DNA of 64,000 bases from an uncultured Gemmatimonadaceae bacterium (GCA_963736315.1 CAVTOB010000001.1:958287-1022286); one strand, 5' to 3'. Shown: positions 38,528 through 48,256, counted from the stretch's first letter. The notes: generated from the letters alone by a model not told the origin. Made by a program: numbers and translations.

Positions 38528-39085
38528 ATGGCGCACAGTGTCCGCTCAACCGGCAACGCGATTGTGGTTTCGATGCTTCTCGCGGTGGGCTCATCCGGGT
38601 TGGCTCGGGCGGCAACGATCGACTGCGAGACGATCAATGCCGCATCGGCCGCCGGCGTACTCGGCGTGCCGAAAGCGAAGAGCAACCCATCCGAAGGGCA
38701 CCACAAGCAGCAGCCGGACAACATGGACGTCTTTGCCTGCGGCTATGTCGAGGTCAGTCTCGACCCGATGGCGCGGACGATGTCGTACTTCGTCTACACG
38801 CCGATTCCGAAGGATCTCGCGAGCGTGTTCTCCAGCCTGTCACATCCGAACATTCCGGGGAAACCACAGAGTTTCGCGCCAGGCATCGGCACCGGGTCCA
38901 CCGGGTGGGTTCGCGCCAGCGCCAACGGCCAGACGTACGACGGCAGCATTGTTTTTCGGGGAGCCACGAACATCGTGGTTCTCAAGAGTTTCCGGGATGC
39001 CCAGCGGCGACGCGGCGAAGACCGCACTCGTCAAAGCGGGCAACATCCTCGCGAAGTCATGACCGCGAGGACATACGCGCGATAG
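38528..39085 (+). CDS. Hypothetical secreted protein (C-terminus possibly frameshifted)
   Basis: ATG 38528 gives signal peptide MAHSVRSTGNAIVVSMLLAVGSSGLARA. Its architecture resembles the 21506 protein. The last 30 aa in this frame are Arg-rich. Confidence 0.5.
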   Translation: MAHSVRSTGNAIVVSMLLAVGSSGLARAATIDCETINAASAAGVLGVPKAKSNPSEGHHKQQPDNMDVFACGYVEVSLDPMARTMSYFVYTPIPKDLASVFSSLSHPNIPGKPQSFAPGIGTGSTGWVRASANGQTYDGSIVFRGATNIVVLKSFRDAQRRRGEDRTRQSGQHPREVMTARTYAR

Positions 39086-39096
39086 AGCCGGCCGAC

Positions 39097-40482
39097 TCAG
39101 CGGATCGAGAACAGATTGACCAGCAGACTCGTTCCCTTGTTGTCACCCTGCTGGAGGGCGATCGCCGCGCCCAACTCGTAGCGGCGGATGCGAAGACCGG
39201 CTCCGAACGAGAGCGCGGTCCCGCCCGTGATGTAGTCGGCGCCGCCGCGCAGAGAAAGCATGGGGATGCCCCGGTACTCCACGCCTCCGCCCACGCTCGT
39301 TTTCGGGCCGATCACGATCGCCTCGTCGCCACCCAACTGCTGACGCAGGTCAGCGGAGACGGTGACGTCCTTCCTCCATTCATAGGCGAGACCGGCCGAG
39401 ACCGTCGGCTTGAGCTTGTAGTTCGCGATCGCATTTTTGAGGGCGGCCGGTGCGTTGGCGTACGGTTGCTCGTCGAAGTTGGTGGTGTCGCCGTTCACGT
39501 CGAACTGGCCCAATCCCGGCACATAGGCCAAGACCGACTCGTCCCAGCTGAACGAGTTGAAGACGTTCTGGATCGCCGCCGAGAGCCCGAGCTTGTCCCG
39601 CAGCCACGAGACTCCGATGTCGGCGCCGATACCGCTGCCGCTGAATCCACCCGCGCCGGGCATCTGCGTACAGCCGGCTTTGAGTTGACCGCTGTCGTCC
39701 CGGCAGTCCTGGAAGGAGCGCGTTGCGACAGTCGGAAACGAGATCGTCCCACCGCTCGCGTTGATGCTGCTTCCCGCATCCTGGGCGATGCCGACGAAAG
39801 CGCCCCCCACCCACTTCAGGGTCGCGCCGAAGGCGAGCGTGCCGGCGCCGGGCTTTTGACTGCCGAAGGCATGTCCATAGCTGAAGGCGGCGGTCGTCAC
39901 GCCGCCGGCATCGAATTTCGAATTTCTGAAATTGAACGTCCGCACGTTCGAGCCGTCGGCGCCCGAGCCCGAAGCCGGCACGTTGCCGAATAGAATGGCC
40001 TCGACGGCGTCGGGGTTCAGGTCCACGGCGCCGAACGCCGTCATCCCGAACTGCGCGGCAAACGGACCCACGCTCAGCGCGACGTTCGCTCCGCCGGACG
40101 GCGTTCCCTTTTCGCCGCCTGCCGCCGTGACCTTGTCGAGCCACGCTTGGCGAGTGGCACGCGGCACGACGTTGGGTACCTTGTAACTCTCGGCGTTCTT
40201 GATGTCGCCGAGCGTGATCGGGTCGAGCGTGAAGCTGGCGGCGACAGGCAGCAGCGTGAGCGAGAACCCGGGATTGCCGGGCAAGCCGAGGTTGGCCGGA
40301 TTCCACGCGACGGCCTCATAGCCGCGGGCGCGCGCGATGAAGTTGCCGCCGAGACCAGCCGCCGCTGCGCTGGTGTTGAGCTGCTGGGCCAAAGCCATTG
40401 GGGGGGGCGCGATCGCGAGCGGAACGAGCATCGCCGCACCAGCCGCACGAAGAGCGTGAAGACGGAACGAGGGTCGCATCAT
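39097..40482 (-). CDS. Putative outer-membrane beta-barrel protein
   Basis: Start MMRPSFRLHALRAAGAAMLVPLAIAPPPMALAQQ (signal peptide) lies inside the 870-aa ORF. The sequence is Gly/Ala/Ser-rich with an alternating pattern, including the terminal strands GGADYITGGTALSFGAGLRI and LLVNLFSIR. Confidence 0.65.
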   Translation of the reverse strand: MMRPSFRLHALRAAGAAMLVPLAIAPPPMALAQQLNTSAAAAGLGGNFIARARGYEAVAWNPANLGLPGNPGFSLTLLPVAASFTLDPITLGDIKNAESYKVPNVVPRATRQAWLDKVTAAGGEKGTPSGGANVALSVGPFAAQFGMTAFGAVDLNPDAVEAILFGNVPASGSGADGSNVRTFNFRNSKFDAGGVTTAAFSYGHAFGSQKPGAGTLAFGATLKWVGGAFVGIAQDAGSSINASGGTISFPTVATRSFQDCRDDSGQLKAGCTQMPGAGGFSGSGIGADIGVSWLRDKLGLSAAIQNVFNSFSWDESVLAYVPGLGQFDVNGDTTNFDEQPYANAPAALKNAIANYKLKPTVSAGLAYEWRKDVTVSADLRQQLGGDEAIVIGPKTSVGGGVEYRGIPMLSLRGGADYITGGTALSFGAGLRIRRYELGAAIALQQGDNKGTSLLVNLFSIR

Positions 40483-41567
40483 TGACTCCCCGTGTGCATG
40501 GTGATCTGCACTCGATTCGAGACGTTGATTGTCTGGCTCGGCGTAACAGCCGTGGTTCCCGAAACCGAGCCGCCAAAGCTGATTTGCTTGGCGTTCAGCA
40601 AAGCCTTCGCGCCATTTGGGCCGAACACGAACACCGTAGCCGTCTGCGTGCCGGCCGGGAGCGGCACTGACCGAGAGACCAGGACCGTAGGAGTGGGGCA
40701 TGAGTCCACGAAATTTCCGCTCGGATCGGTGCAGCCGAGGAAATTCACGTTCAACGTGCCGCTCAGGTTGAACGGATTCGTGATCGTCACGAAGACACGG
40801 GCCGAGTCGGCGCGATCGGCCGAGCCAAACTGGAAGCTGAAGTCGGTCGGATTGGGCCTGACCACTTGATTGGTCAGCGACACGCTCGCCGACGACGCGG
40901 TGAGCTGTCCTTGCGCGCTGGAGCCGGCGTGCGCCGTGTAGGTGAACTGTTGGGCGCCGGTATTGGTGAGGGTGATCGTGCTGCCCAGCGGCGAAGTCAC
41001 GTCCACCCGGAGAGTGATTCCCGCCGAGCCCACGACGCCCGCCACAGGAACCTTCACGTTGGTGGTCGCTCCGTTCGGGGGAATCGTGTTCGTCGGCCCG
41101 GTCAGCGTGAGCGTCCCGAGGACGGTGGATCCGCTGGCCACCGTGAACGTCATCGTGCCCGCTGCGCCCGCGCCCGGGTTGATCGGATCGAACTGATACC
41201 GGTTCACCATGGTGACGAACAGAGTGTCCGCCACCAGCGTCGCCGACGCCACGTTCGCGGGGAGCGTGACCGGCCCGCCGGTCGTCGTCGCGGTGTAACT
41301 CGGCTTGAGCGCGGCGACGCCTACCGTGCATTGCGGGCAGTCCTGAGCCAGCGTGCGCGTGATCGTCACGGTGGCGACATTCGCCTGGAACGCCGCGCCG
41401 TTCGGCGTGAGCGACACGCCGTTGGGTAGGAACGAGCTGACCTTGACGGTCGAACTGGTTGCCGGGAAATCCCAGGTCATGTCCCAGTTCGGAAGCGACG
41501 TCGGGACGTCGCAAGCCGCCGCGCACACACAGCCGGTGAGTACAACGGTGGCGACAGACTGCCGCAT
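40479..41567 (-). CDS. Hypothetical lipoprotein, Thr/Ser/Gly/Asn/Val-rich (predicted all-beta)
   Basis: MRQSVATVVLTGC lipobox. Composition is low-complexity beta-rich. The stop overlaps the start of the barrel gene (ATGA). Confidence 0.65.
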   Translation of the reverse strand: MRQSVATVVLTGCVCAAACDVPTSLPNWDMTWDFPATSSTVKVSSFLPNGVSLTPNGAAFQANVATVTITRTLAQDCPQCTVGVAALKPSYTATTTGGPVTLPANVASATLVADTLFVTMVNRYQFDPINPGAGAAGTMTFTVASGSTVLGTLTLTGPTNTIPPNGATTNVKVPVAGVVGSAGITLRVDVTSPLGSTITLTNTGAQQFTYTAHAGSSAQGQLTASSASVSLTNQVVRPNPTDFSFQFGSADRADSARVFVTITNPFNLSGTLNVNFLGCTDPSGNFVDSCPTPTVLVSRSVPLPAGTQTATVFVFGPNGAKALLNAKQISFGGSVSGTTAVTPSQTINVSNRVQITMHTGSQ

Positions 41568-41889
41568 GGTGAGCGTCCTCCACTTCGTCGGGGAGAGCAG
41601 CTGTCTGGCCAGGCCGGCGGGCGGGCGGATGAGTGCGCCTACTGTATGTCGACCGGTAGGGGACTGTCAAGCTTCGGAGGCGCCGGGCATCTCGGCGGGG
41701 ACCGTCCAAGCACGTGCCGGCTTGGCCGGATGCTCAGCCAGGCCGGGCGACGAGGAGGGCCGGGTCGCCGACGCCGCCCCATCCCAAAATTGACATTAGC
41801 GTTCCGCGCATGGATGTCGTGCGACCCGCCGCCCGAACCCGGCGGATTCGCTCGATAGTGTCGGCGACGAGGCATCCCCGGACCGTCGC

Positions 41890-42498
41890 TCAATTCCCGT
41901 CGAGCTTCCGGCCCCCACGATACGCTACGACGCCGTCGTTCGCGTGGTTCAGAAGGAGCGTCGCATCGGCGCGGCCGTAGCGGTTCATCAAATCGAGCAT
42001 GAGTGCCGCTTCGCCGTCCCATGGATATCCGAAAACCACATCGAATTCGTCCAGGCTGAGACCGAGCTCGCGGTACCCGGACGCTCCCGTTCCCAGCGTG
42101 CCCGTGCGTCCGTCTCTGTCCGGCGGCCGCCACTCATATCCCGTCGGCAAGAAACTTCCCGCGACGAAACGAGCGCCGGAGTCGAACCTTTTCGCGAGAT
42201 CCCGTGCCGTCGCAACAAGGTCACGATCCAACTCGATGCCGCAGGCGTCGAAGCCCAACAGATCCGCGATGACGGTGATGACGCCGGTCGCCGAGCCCCA
42301 CTCGAGAAACCGAAGATTCGGGCCTCGGTGCCGCATCAGTGCGTCGACGACCACCTCGTATTCCGCCGCTACGAACGGATGGAAGTGGTGTCGGCGCACC
42401 TCTTCGTCAAAGCGATCCCAAAGGGCCCACCCCTCGGCGCACAGCGCGGTGAGCCGCGCACGCAGCGCCTCATTTATCTCAGGTTGGAACGTCATCAA
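41890..42498 (-). CDS. Putative class I SAM-dependent methyltransferase
   Basis: RFLEWGSATGVITVIADLLGFDACGIELD resembles motif I (E/DxGxGxG) plus the acidic post-I residue. Length is 202 aa. Confidence 0.6.
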   Translation of the reverse strand: MMTFQPEINEALRARLTALCAEGWALWDRFDEEVRRHHFHPFVAAEYEVVVDALMRHRGPNLRFLEWGSATGVITVIADLLGFDACGIELDRDLVATARDLAKRFDSGARFVAGSFLPTGYEWRPPDRDGRTGTLGTGASGYRELGLSLDEFDVVFGYPWDGEAALMLDLMNRYGRADATLLLNHANDGVVAYRGGRKLDGN

Positions 42499-42635
42499 AC
42501 GGGTCGTCTCAGGTTTTCAGCGGAGCCTCGAGCAACCGCTTTGGTCCCACGTCGCGGATCGATAGTCGTCGCGTCTTCTACGTGACAGACGCCCCCCGCC
42601 GTCCCATATTCGCGCCACTCCTCGGAGGGACACCG

Positions 42636-43871
42636 ATGCACTGGGACACCGGCAACATAGCCTTCATGCTGGTCTCGACGAGCCTCGTCATGCTCATGAC
42701 GCCGGGCCTCGCCTTTTTCTACGGCGGCCTCGTCGGACGCAAGAACGTCCTCACGATCATGCTGCAGAGCTTCGTCTCGATGGGCGTGACGACGGCGCTG
42801 TGGGTGGTGTGCGGCTACTCGATGGCGTTCAGCGGCAGCTACCAGAGCGCGACGAATCCGGATATCGCGGGGATCATCGGCAACTTCGACCTGGCGTTCT
42901 TTCGCGGCATCGACCCGTTCACGCCGTTCCCCGGATCGCCGACGATTCCATTGATCGTGTTCGTGGCGTATCAAATGATGTTCGCGCAGATCACCCCCGC
43001 GCTCATCACGGGAGCGTTCGCCAACCGGGTGACGTTCAAGGCGTATCTCCTGTTCCTCGTCGCCTGGTTGATGCTGGTGTACTTCCCCGTGGCCCACATG
43101 GTGTGGGGTGGTGGATTCCTCCAGGCGCACGGCGTGCTCGATTTCGCGGGGGGAATCGTCGTCCACGCCACGGCGGGCTTCGCGGCGCTCGCCGCGGTGT
43201 TCTACGTCGGCAAGCGGCGCGTGCCCGACGCGGGGCTGCACAGCATCCCGCTCGTGGCACTCGGCACGGGCCTGCTGTGGTTCGGCTGGTACGGGTTCAA
43301 CGCCGGCAGCGAGCTCAAAGTCGACTCCGTGACGGCGTTGGCGTTTCTGAACACCGACGTCGCCGCCTCGTTCGCCGCGGTCACGTGGCTGGTGCTGGCG
43401 TGGATCTACGAGCGCAAGCCGAAGTTCCTCGGACTCCTCACCGGCTCCATCGCCGGATTGGCCGCCGTCACACCGGCGGCGGGTTACGTGAGCACGTCGA
43501 CGGCGATTCTGATCGGCATCGTCGCGAGCGTGGTGTGCTACTACGCGATCTCGCTCAAGAACAAGATGCAATGGGACGACGCGCTCGACGTGTGGGGCGT
43601 GCACGGCGTCGGGGGAATGGTCGGCGTCTTCGCCCTGGCGATCTTCGCCTACAAGGCCATGAACCCGTCCGGATCGGACGGACTGGTGCACGGCAACACG
43701 GCGTTCTTCGTCAAGGAGTCGTTGGCCGTCATCGCGGCGGCGGCGTACGCCTTCGTCTTCACGTATGGGATGCTCGCGGTGATTCACCGCATCACTCCCG
43801 TCACGGTCAGCGCGGCCGACGAGGAAGTCGGGCTCGACGAGTCGCTCCATGGCGAGCATGCGTATCTGTAG
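42636..43871 (+). CDS. amt: Ammonium transporter (Amt family)
   Basis: GGAGGGA lies 5 nt upstream of ATG 42636. AFMLVSTSLVMLMTPGLAFFYGG ... DFAGGIVVHATAGFAAL ... DVWGVHGVGGMVG are Amt signatures. Confidence 0.93.
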   Translation: MHWDTGNIAFMLVSTSLVMLMTPGLAFFYGGLVGRKNVLTIMLQSFVSMGVTTALWVVCGYSMAFSGSYQSATNPDIAGIIGNFDLAFFRGIDPFTPFPGSPTIPLIVFVAYQMMFAQITPALITGAFANRVTFKAYLLFLVAWLMLVYFPVAHMVWGGGFLQAHGVLDFAGGIVVHATAGFAALAAVFYVGKRRVPDAGLHSIPLVALGTGLLWFGWYGFNAGSELKVDSVTALAFLNTDVAASFAAVTWLVLAWIYERKPKFLGLLTGSIAGLAAVTPAAGYVSTSTAILIGIVASVVCYYAISLKNKMQWDDALDVWGVHGVGGMVGVFALAIFAYKAMNPSGSDGLVHGNTAFFVKESLAVIAAAAYAFVFTYGMLAVIHRITPVTVSAADEEVGLDESLHGEHAYL

Positions 43872-43962
43872 AATCGGCGTGAGAAACGGCGAGACGGGGA
43901 GCGAGCGGTTCATCGGGGCGGGATTGGCCAAACGGTGGTGACCTGTCGCGGACTCGACGATC

Positions 43963-44370
43963 GTGACGAGTCCCGAGGGCACAGGTCCTGCAGCGACCCA
44001 GCCCATGTCGCCCAAACTCGACTTGGATGCAATCGCCGGTCGGATCCGCGGACTCCTCGCGGGCAGCGACGCGGGCGATTTGAAGGCGACGGCGCGACGC
44101 CTCCGCGTCGACGCTGAAGCCCTCGAGCGGTCCGTCGACCCCGTAAACCCGTATCCGAGCCTGTCAGTGATGACCGCTCTCGTGCGCGATTACGGCGTCG
44201 ATCCGATCTGGCTCACTTACGGCGAGTACGATCCGACCGCGCATGGCTTGATCGCTGATAAAGGCGCGACTGTGACGCCGGCTGACCTGCTGCTTCTCTT
44301 GGACTCCGCTCAATGGAGCCGTCCTGACGAGCCGGCGGAGCAGCGGCCGGTTCGTCAGCTCGGCGACTAG
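43963..44370 (+). CDS. Hypothetical protein
   Basis: 135-aa ORF with coding-like composition. No family was recognised. An alternative start is M15 at 44005. Confidence 0.45.
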   Translation: MTSPEGTGPAATQPMSPKLDLDAIAGRIRGLLAGSDAGDLKATARRLRVDAEALERSVDPVNPYPSLSVMTALVRDYGVDPIWLTYGEYDPTAHGLIADKGATVTPADLLLLLDSAQWSRPDEPAEQRPVRQLGD

Positions 44371-44381
44371 ACCGTCCACCT

Positions 44382-47027
44382 CTATTGCAGCGCTGTCCGC
44401 GGGTCGATGCCGGTCGCACGGCGCGCAGGCAAATACGCCGCGAGCGCCGCCACCAGCGCCAGGCAAAACGCTGAGCCGGCGAGAATCGTCGGGTCGGCGG
44501 GGGGAACGTGGAACAGCATCGACGCCATCACGCGAGAGGTGGCGAGCGCTCCGGCCAGTCCGACCGCCATGCCCAAGGCCGTCATCGACATCCCCTGGCG
44601 CAGCACCATGCGCCGGATCGCGCCGCTCTGAGCGCCGAGTGCGACGCGAATGCCGATTTCGCGTGTTCGCAGCTTCACGCCGTACGACAATACGCCGAAC
44701 AGCCCGAGCGCGGCGAGTCCCAGCGACAAGACGGCGAAGCTCGCCAGCAGACGGAGCGTGAACACGCGCTGCGCTTCACCGCGGCCGATCGCCTCGTCGA
44801 GCGGCGCGGGATGGTGCATCACGAGCTGCGGATCGACCGACGCGAGCACGCGGCGCACGTCGGCCTCCATCGACTCGGGAGCCTTCGTCGTCGCCACCAC
44901 CTGCGCCAATGCCCAATTGCGATCGCCGGCGAACTGCACGTGCGCGTGATAGACGTAGTCGTCGATGTGCCCCTCTGCGTCCAGCGACACGTCGCTCACG
45001 ACCCCGATGATCTCACACGGACGCCCGCGGTCGACGGCGATCGTCTGGCCGATCGGGTCGACCCCTGGGAAAATCTTCGTCGCCAGCGATTTGCTCACGA
45101 GCACGCGGCGCGGCGCGCGCGCGAGATCGCGCGCGTCGAACGCGCGTCCCTTTAGCACGCGAATGCCGGCGGCCTTGAAGTAATCCCCCGAGATCACTCG
45201 CTGCTGGGCCGAGACGTTCGAGCGCGTCGTGCCGGCGAGCGGTCCACTCAGCACCTCCACGCCCCACTCATTGTACGCGCCCGTGGCGGGGAGCTTGGAC
45301 ACGCCGCCCGCCGCGACGACGCCCGGAATCGTTTCCAGTCGACGCGCCACATCCTCGTAGACCCGCGCGCGGGCGAGCGAATCGTACCGCGTGTCCGGAA
45401 GGTGCAGCTCGAACGTGAGCACGTTGTCCGCGCGTACGCCCAGGTCGAGCTCGCGCAACCGGCGTACGCTCGCGAGAAGAAGACCGGCCGCGGTCACGAG
45501 AACGAACGCGAGCGCGACCTGCGAGACGACGAGCAGTGACCGCAGCCGGGCGTGCGACCGGCCGCCGGTCGACGATCGGGTCTCGCCGCGCAGCGTGTCG
45601 TTCGGATCTGAGCGGCGGGCGCGCAGCGCCGGCGCGAGTCCGCACAAGACGGCGCAGACCGACGAGATCGCGATCGAGAAGCCGAGAATGCGGGGATCGA
45701 GCGACAGTCCGGCGAGCCGCGGAATCGCTCCGCCGCTCATCGCGACGATGCCGCGCATCGCCGCGCCCGCCACGGCGAGACCGGCGAGGTCTCCGGCCAT
45801 GGCGAGCACCAGACTCTCCATGAGCAGTTGACGCACGAGGCGCGACTCGCCCGCGCCCAGCGCGCCGCGCAGCGCGAATTCGCGCTCGCGCTCCGACCCG
45901 CGCACGAGCAGCAGATTGGCCACGTTCACGCACACGAGCAGCAGCACCGCCACCGCCGCCCCGAACATCAACTCCAGCGCCCGGGTCGACTCGCCGACGA
46001 CGTCCTGTTTGAGAGGAGAAAGGCTCGCGCCGACGTACTTCGTGCCGGGATATTCGTTCGACAGTTGCGGGCCGAGCGCGTTGAGCTCGGTTTGCGCGCC
46101 GGCGATCGTCATGCCGGGACGCAGCCGGCCGATGACCGTGACGTAGTGATTGTCCGCGTTGCTCGCATCTCGGGCCGGCGCCATGTCCATCGGAATCCAG
46201 GCGTCCACGGCGCCGACGATCGGATCGGCGAAACCGGCCGGCATCACACCGGCAATCGTGTACGGCTCTCCGTTCATCGCCAGCGGGCGTCCGAGAGCGG
46301 ACGCGTCGCCGTGAAACCGCTCCATCCATAGAGAGTGGCTCAGTATGATGGCGCGCCCGCCCGTCTCGTCGCGCGCCTCGAACGGGCGGCCCGCTTCGAC
46401 CGGCGTGCGAAGCACGTCGAAGTAGTCGTGGCTCACCTGGAGGACGTGAATCCGACGCGCGCCGTCGTCGGTGGTGATATCGCCGCCGCCTTCGCCGTAG
46501 GTGTTGAGCGCCGCGAGGGCCGAGAATGATTTGGCGCGGTCGTGATACGCGAGATAGTGAACCGGCGTGACGAAGCCCTGGTCGATCTTGCGCCGTGTGT
46601 CGACGTAGTAGAGCCGGACGAGCTGCCCCGGATGGTCGTAGGGCAGCGCCTTGATGAGCACCGCGTCGACCGCGCTGAACACCGCCGTCGTTCCGCCGAT
46701 GCCGACGGCGAGGGTGAGCACCGCCACGATCGTGAACGTGGGTCGTTGACGCAGGACGCGGAGCGCGAACAGCGCGTCGTCCCACGCGTCTCGGAGCCAT
46801 CGGACGCCACTCGCGTCGCGGACCTCCTCCTTGGTGCGATCGAGACCACCGAGCGCGAGGACGCTTCGCCGTCGAAGGTCGCGTGGGTCGGCGCCGGTGC
46901 GCCGCAGATGCTCCGCCTCCATTTCGACGTGGAACCGAAGCTCCTCATCGAGCTCGCGCTCCTCGCGGCGTCGAGTGAGGAGCGATCGAATCCTTTCGAA
47001 GAGGTCGGAAATGAGAGAGAGGCTCAT
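44382..47027 (-). CDS. ADOP-family duplicated FtsX-type ABC permease
   Basis: Start at ATG 47027 (MSLSLISDLFERIRSLLTRRREERELDEELRFHVEME, the typical permease prefix). There are two FtsX modules, the second ending TREIGIRVALGAQSGAI ... YLPARRATGIDPRTALQ. Confidence 0.88.
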   Translation of the reverse strand: MSLSLISDLFERIRSLLTRRREERELDEELRFHVEMEAEHLRRTGADPRDLRRRSVLALGGLDRTKEEVRDASGVRWLRDAWDDALFALRVLRQRPTFTIVAVLTLAVGIGGTTAVFSAVDAVLIKALPYDHPGQLVRLYYVDTRRKIDQGFVTPVHYLAYHDRAKSFSALAALNTYGEGGGDITTDDGARRIHVLQVSHDYFDVLRTPVEAGRPFEARDETGGRAIILSHSLWMERFHGDASALGRPLAMNGEPYTIAGVMPAGFADPIVGAVDAWIPMDMAPARDASNADNHYVTVIGRLRPGMTIAGAQTELNALGPQLSNEYPGTKYVGASLSPLKQDVVGESTRALELMFGAAVAVLLLVCVNVANLLLVRGSEREREFALRGALGAGESRLVRQLLMESLVLAMAGDLAGLAVAGAAMRGIVAMSGGAIPRLAGLSLDPRILGFSIAISSVCAVLCGLAPALRARRSDPNDTLRGETRSSTGGRSHARLRSLLVVSQVALAFVLVTAAGLLLASVRRLRELDLGVRADNVLTFELHLPDTRYDSLARARVYEDVARRLETIPGVVAAGGVSKLPATGAYNEWGVEVLSGPLAGTTRSNVSAQQRVISGDYFKAAGIRVLKGRAFDARDLARAPRRVLVSKSLATKIFPGVDPIGQTIAVDRGRPCEIIGVVSDVSLDAEGHIDDYVYHAHVQFAGDRNWALAQVVATTKAPESMEADVRRVLASVDPQLVMHHPAPLDEAIGRGEAQRVFTLRLLASFAVLSLGLAALGLFGVLSYGVKLRTREIGIRVALGAQSGAIRRMVLRQGMSMTALGMAVGLAGALATSRVMASMLFHVPPADPTILAGSAFCLALVAALAAYLPARRATGIDPRTALQ

Positions 47028-47377
47028 ACGCCCGCCGGAACCACACGGGCGCCGAGCACCGCGTTGACCGCCGACGCGGCGCGCTGCCACGAGGCGCGTT
47101 CCGCGGCGAGCTGCCGTTCTCCGGCCGGTGTGAGCGCGTAGTATCGCGCGCGGCGATTGTTCGCCGTCGTCTGCCACGACGACGCAATCCAGCCGCGGCG
47201 TTTCATGCGGACGAGGGCGGGGTAGAGCGAGCCCTGCGTGACGAGGAAGACCCGTCCCGACATCGCCTCGATCCGATGCGCGATGCCCCAGCCGTGCATC
47301 GGCTCGAGGGCGAGCGTCTTGAGGACCAGCATCTCGAGCGTGCCCTGGACGAGCTCTCCGCCGCGGTCGTCGTTCAC
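47024..47377 (-). CDS. PadR-family transcriptional regulator
   Basis: GTLEMLVLKTLALEPMHGWGIAHRIE ... GSLYPALVRMKRRGWI ... RARYYALTPAG. There is an ATGA overlap with the permease. Confidence 0.92.
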   Translation of the reverse strand: MNDDRGGELVQGTLEMLVLKTLALEPMHGWGIAHRIEAMSGRVFLVTQGSLYPALVRMKRRGWIASSWQTTANNRRARYYALTPAGERQLAAERASWQRAASAVNAVLGARVVPAGV

Positions 47378-47488
47378 CGGCTCTCCTTCAGATGGACTGG
47401 AGAACCATAGCGGCCGTACTTCAGACGGTCAACAGGAGCGGGGCGGCACGGCGATCACTTGAGAAACGGCGCAGCAGTAGCTGACAGA

Positions 47489-47532
47489 CAGAGCAAGGCT
47501 CGGCCGCCGCCGTGGCGCCGAGCCTTGCTCTG
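47489..47532 (-). terminator. Perfect 16-bp stem-loop downstream of the 47541 gene (terminator-like, no U-tract)
   Basis: cagagcaaggctcggc (47489-47504) pairs with gccgagccttgctctg (47517-47532), with a 12-nt loop. It lies 9 nt after the stop of the minus-strand gene. Confidence 0.4.
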
Positions 47533-47540
47533 GGCGAGGG

Positions 47541-47897
47541 TCAGAGCGGGTCCACACCGCGTTCCGGCTCGGGCGGTCGTGGCGTCCGTTCGGCCTCGAG
47601 GTCGCCGAAGCCTTCGACGCACCAGCCGACGACGTCGGTGAAAAGCTGATCTTCGGGCGTGATGGCGCCCGCCGGCTGCGCATCTGGCCGTGCCTCGAAC
47701 CCGGCCTCGCGCAGCGCGGACTTGACCGCCGCCACCGCCGCTTCGGGTTTCATGCCGAGTGTGCGCAGAGCGGCCGTGTAGCGAGCGACCGTTTGGTGGA
47801 GCTCGTTTTCCGTCGATTTGTCGACGGGGTGTGCGAGGTCGCTGAGCCTCATTCGAAGCTCGATTGCCAAGCGGGTCGCGTCGTCGGAGTCGTGCAA
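47541..47897 (-). CDS. Hypothetical protein
   Basis: 118 aa with non-Arg-biased, coding-like composition. No family was recognised. Confidence 0.5.
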   Translation of the reverse strand: MHDSDDATRLAIELRMRLSDLAHPVDKSTENELHQTVARYTAALRTLGMKPEAAVAAVKSALREAGFEARPDAQPAGAITPEDQLFTDVVGWCVEGFGDLEAERTPRPPEPERGVDPL

Positions 47898-48256
47898 TCG
47901 CTCCTCGATGACCGTTGTGTGTGGGATGTGGATCGAGCGCGTCGCGTAATGAGACGACGGGCGGCGGCGGCCACGAGCGGGCGGGGGCTTACATCTCTGA
48001 AAGTGCGAAACTGCCCAAGGGCGAAACGCAGGCGCGGGCGACGAAGGCGCAGCAAACGCTGGCCGCGGCGCTTCGCGGCGGGAATCATCGCGCTCGCGGC
48101 GGGAATCGAGGCTACGCCGACAGGCGGCCGGTTTCCTCCCAGTGCGAAGGGGGGGGACGGCAGGCTGCAGCTGTCGCTCTTCACGAGCTGCCGCTACGTC
48201 GGAGCGCTAGTGATGCACCGCACAGTCGGCGCGGTATTTGCCAGTGACGAGTCCAC

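Noticed and set aside
38500-39993. 497-aa plus-strand ORF
   Set aside because: It is an alternative frame of the 38528 gene and antisense to the beta-barrel gene. Its composition is Arg/Asp/Gly-rich.
39097-41709. 870-aa minus-strand ORF as one gene
   Set aside because: The N-terminal 409 codons are Arg/His/Gly-rich and overlap, out of frame, a much better lipoprotein gene (40479..41567). A signal-peptide start (MMRPSF) occurs exactly at the lipoprotein stop. It is split into two genes.
42495-44015. 506-aa minus-strand ORF
   Set aside because: It is antisense to the ammonium transporter gene, and its Arg/Asp/His-rich composition marks it as a shadow ORF.
45268-46800. 510-aa minus-strand ORF in another frame of the ADOP permease
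   Set aside because: It is an out-of-frame overlap with the well-supported 44382..47027 gene. The sequence is extremely Arg-rich.
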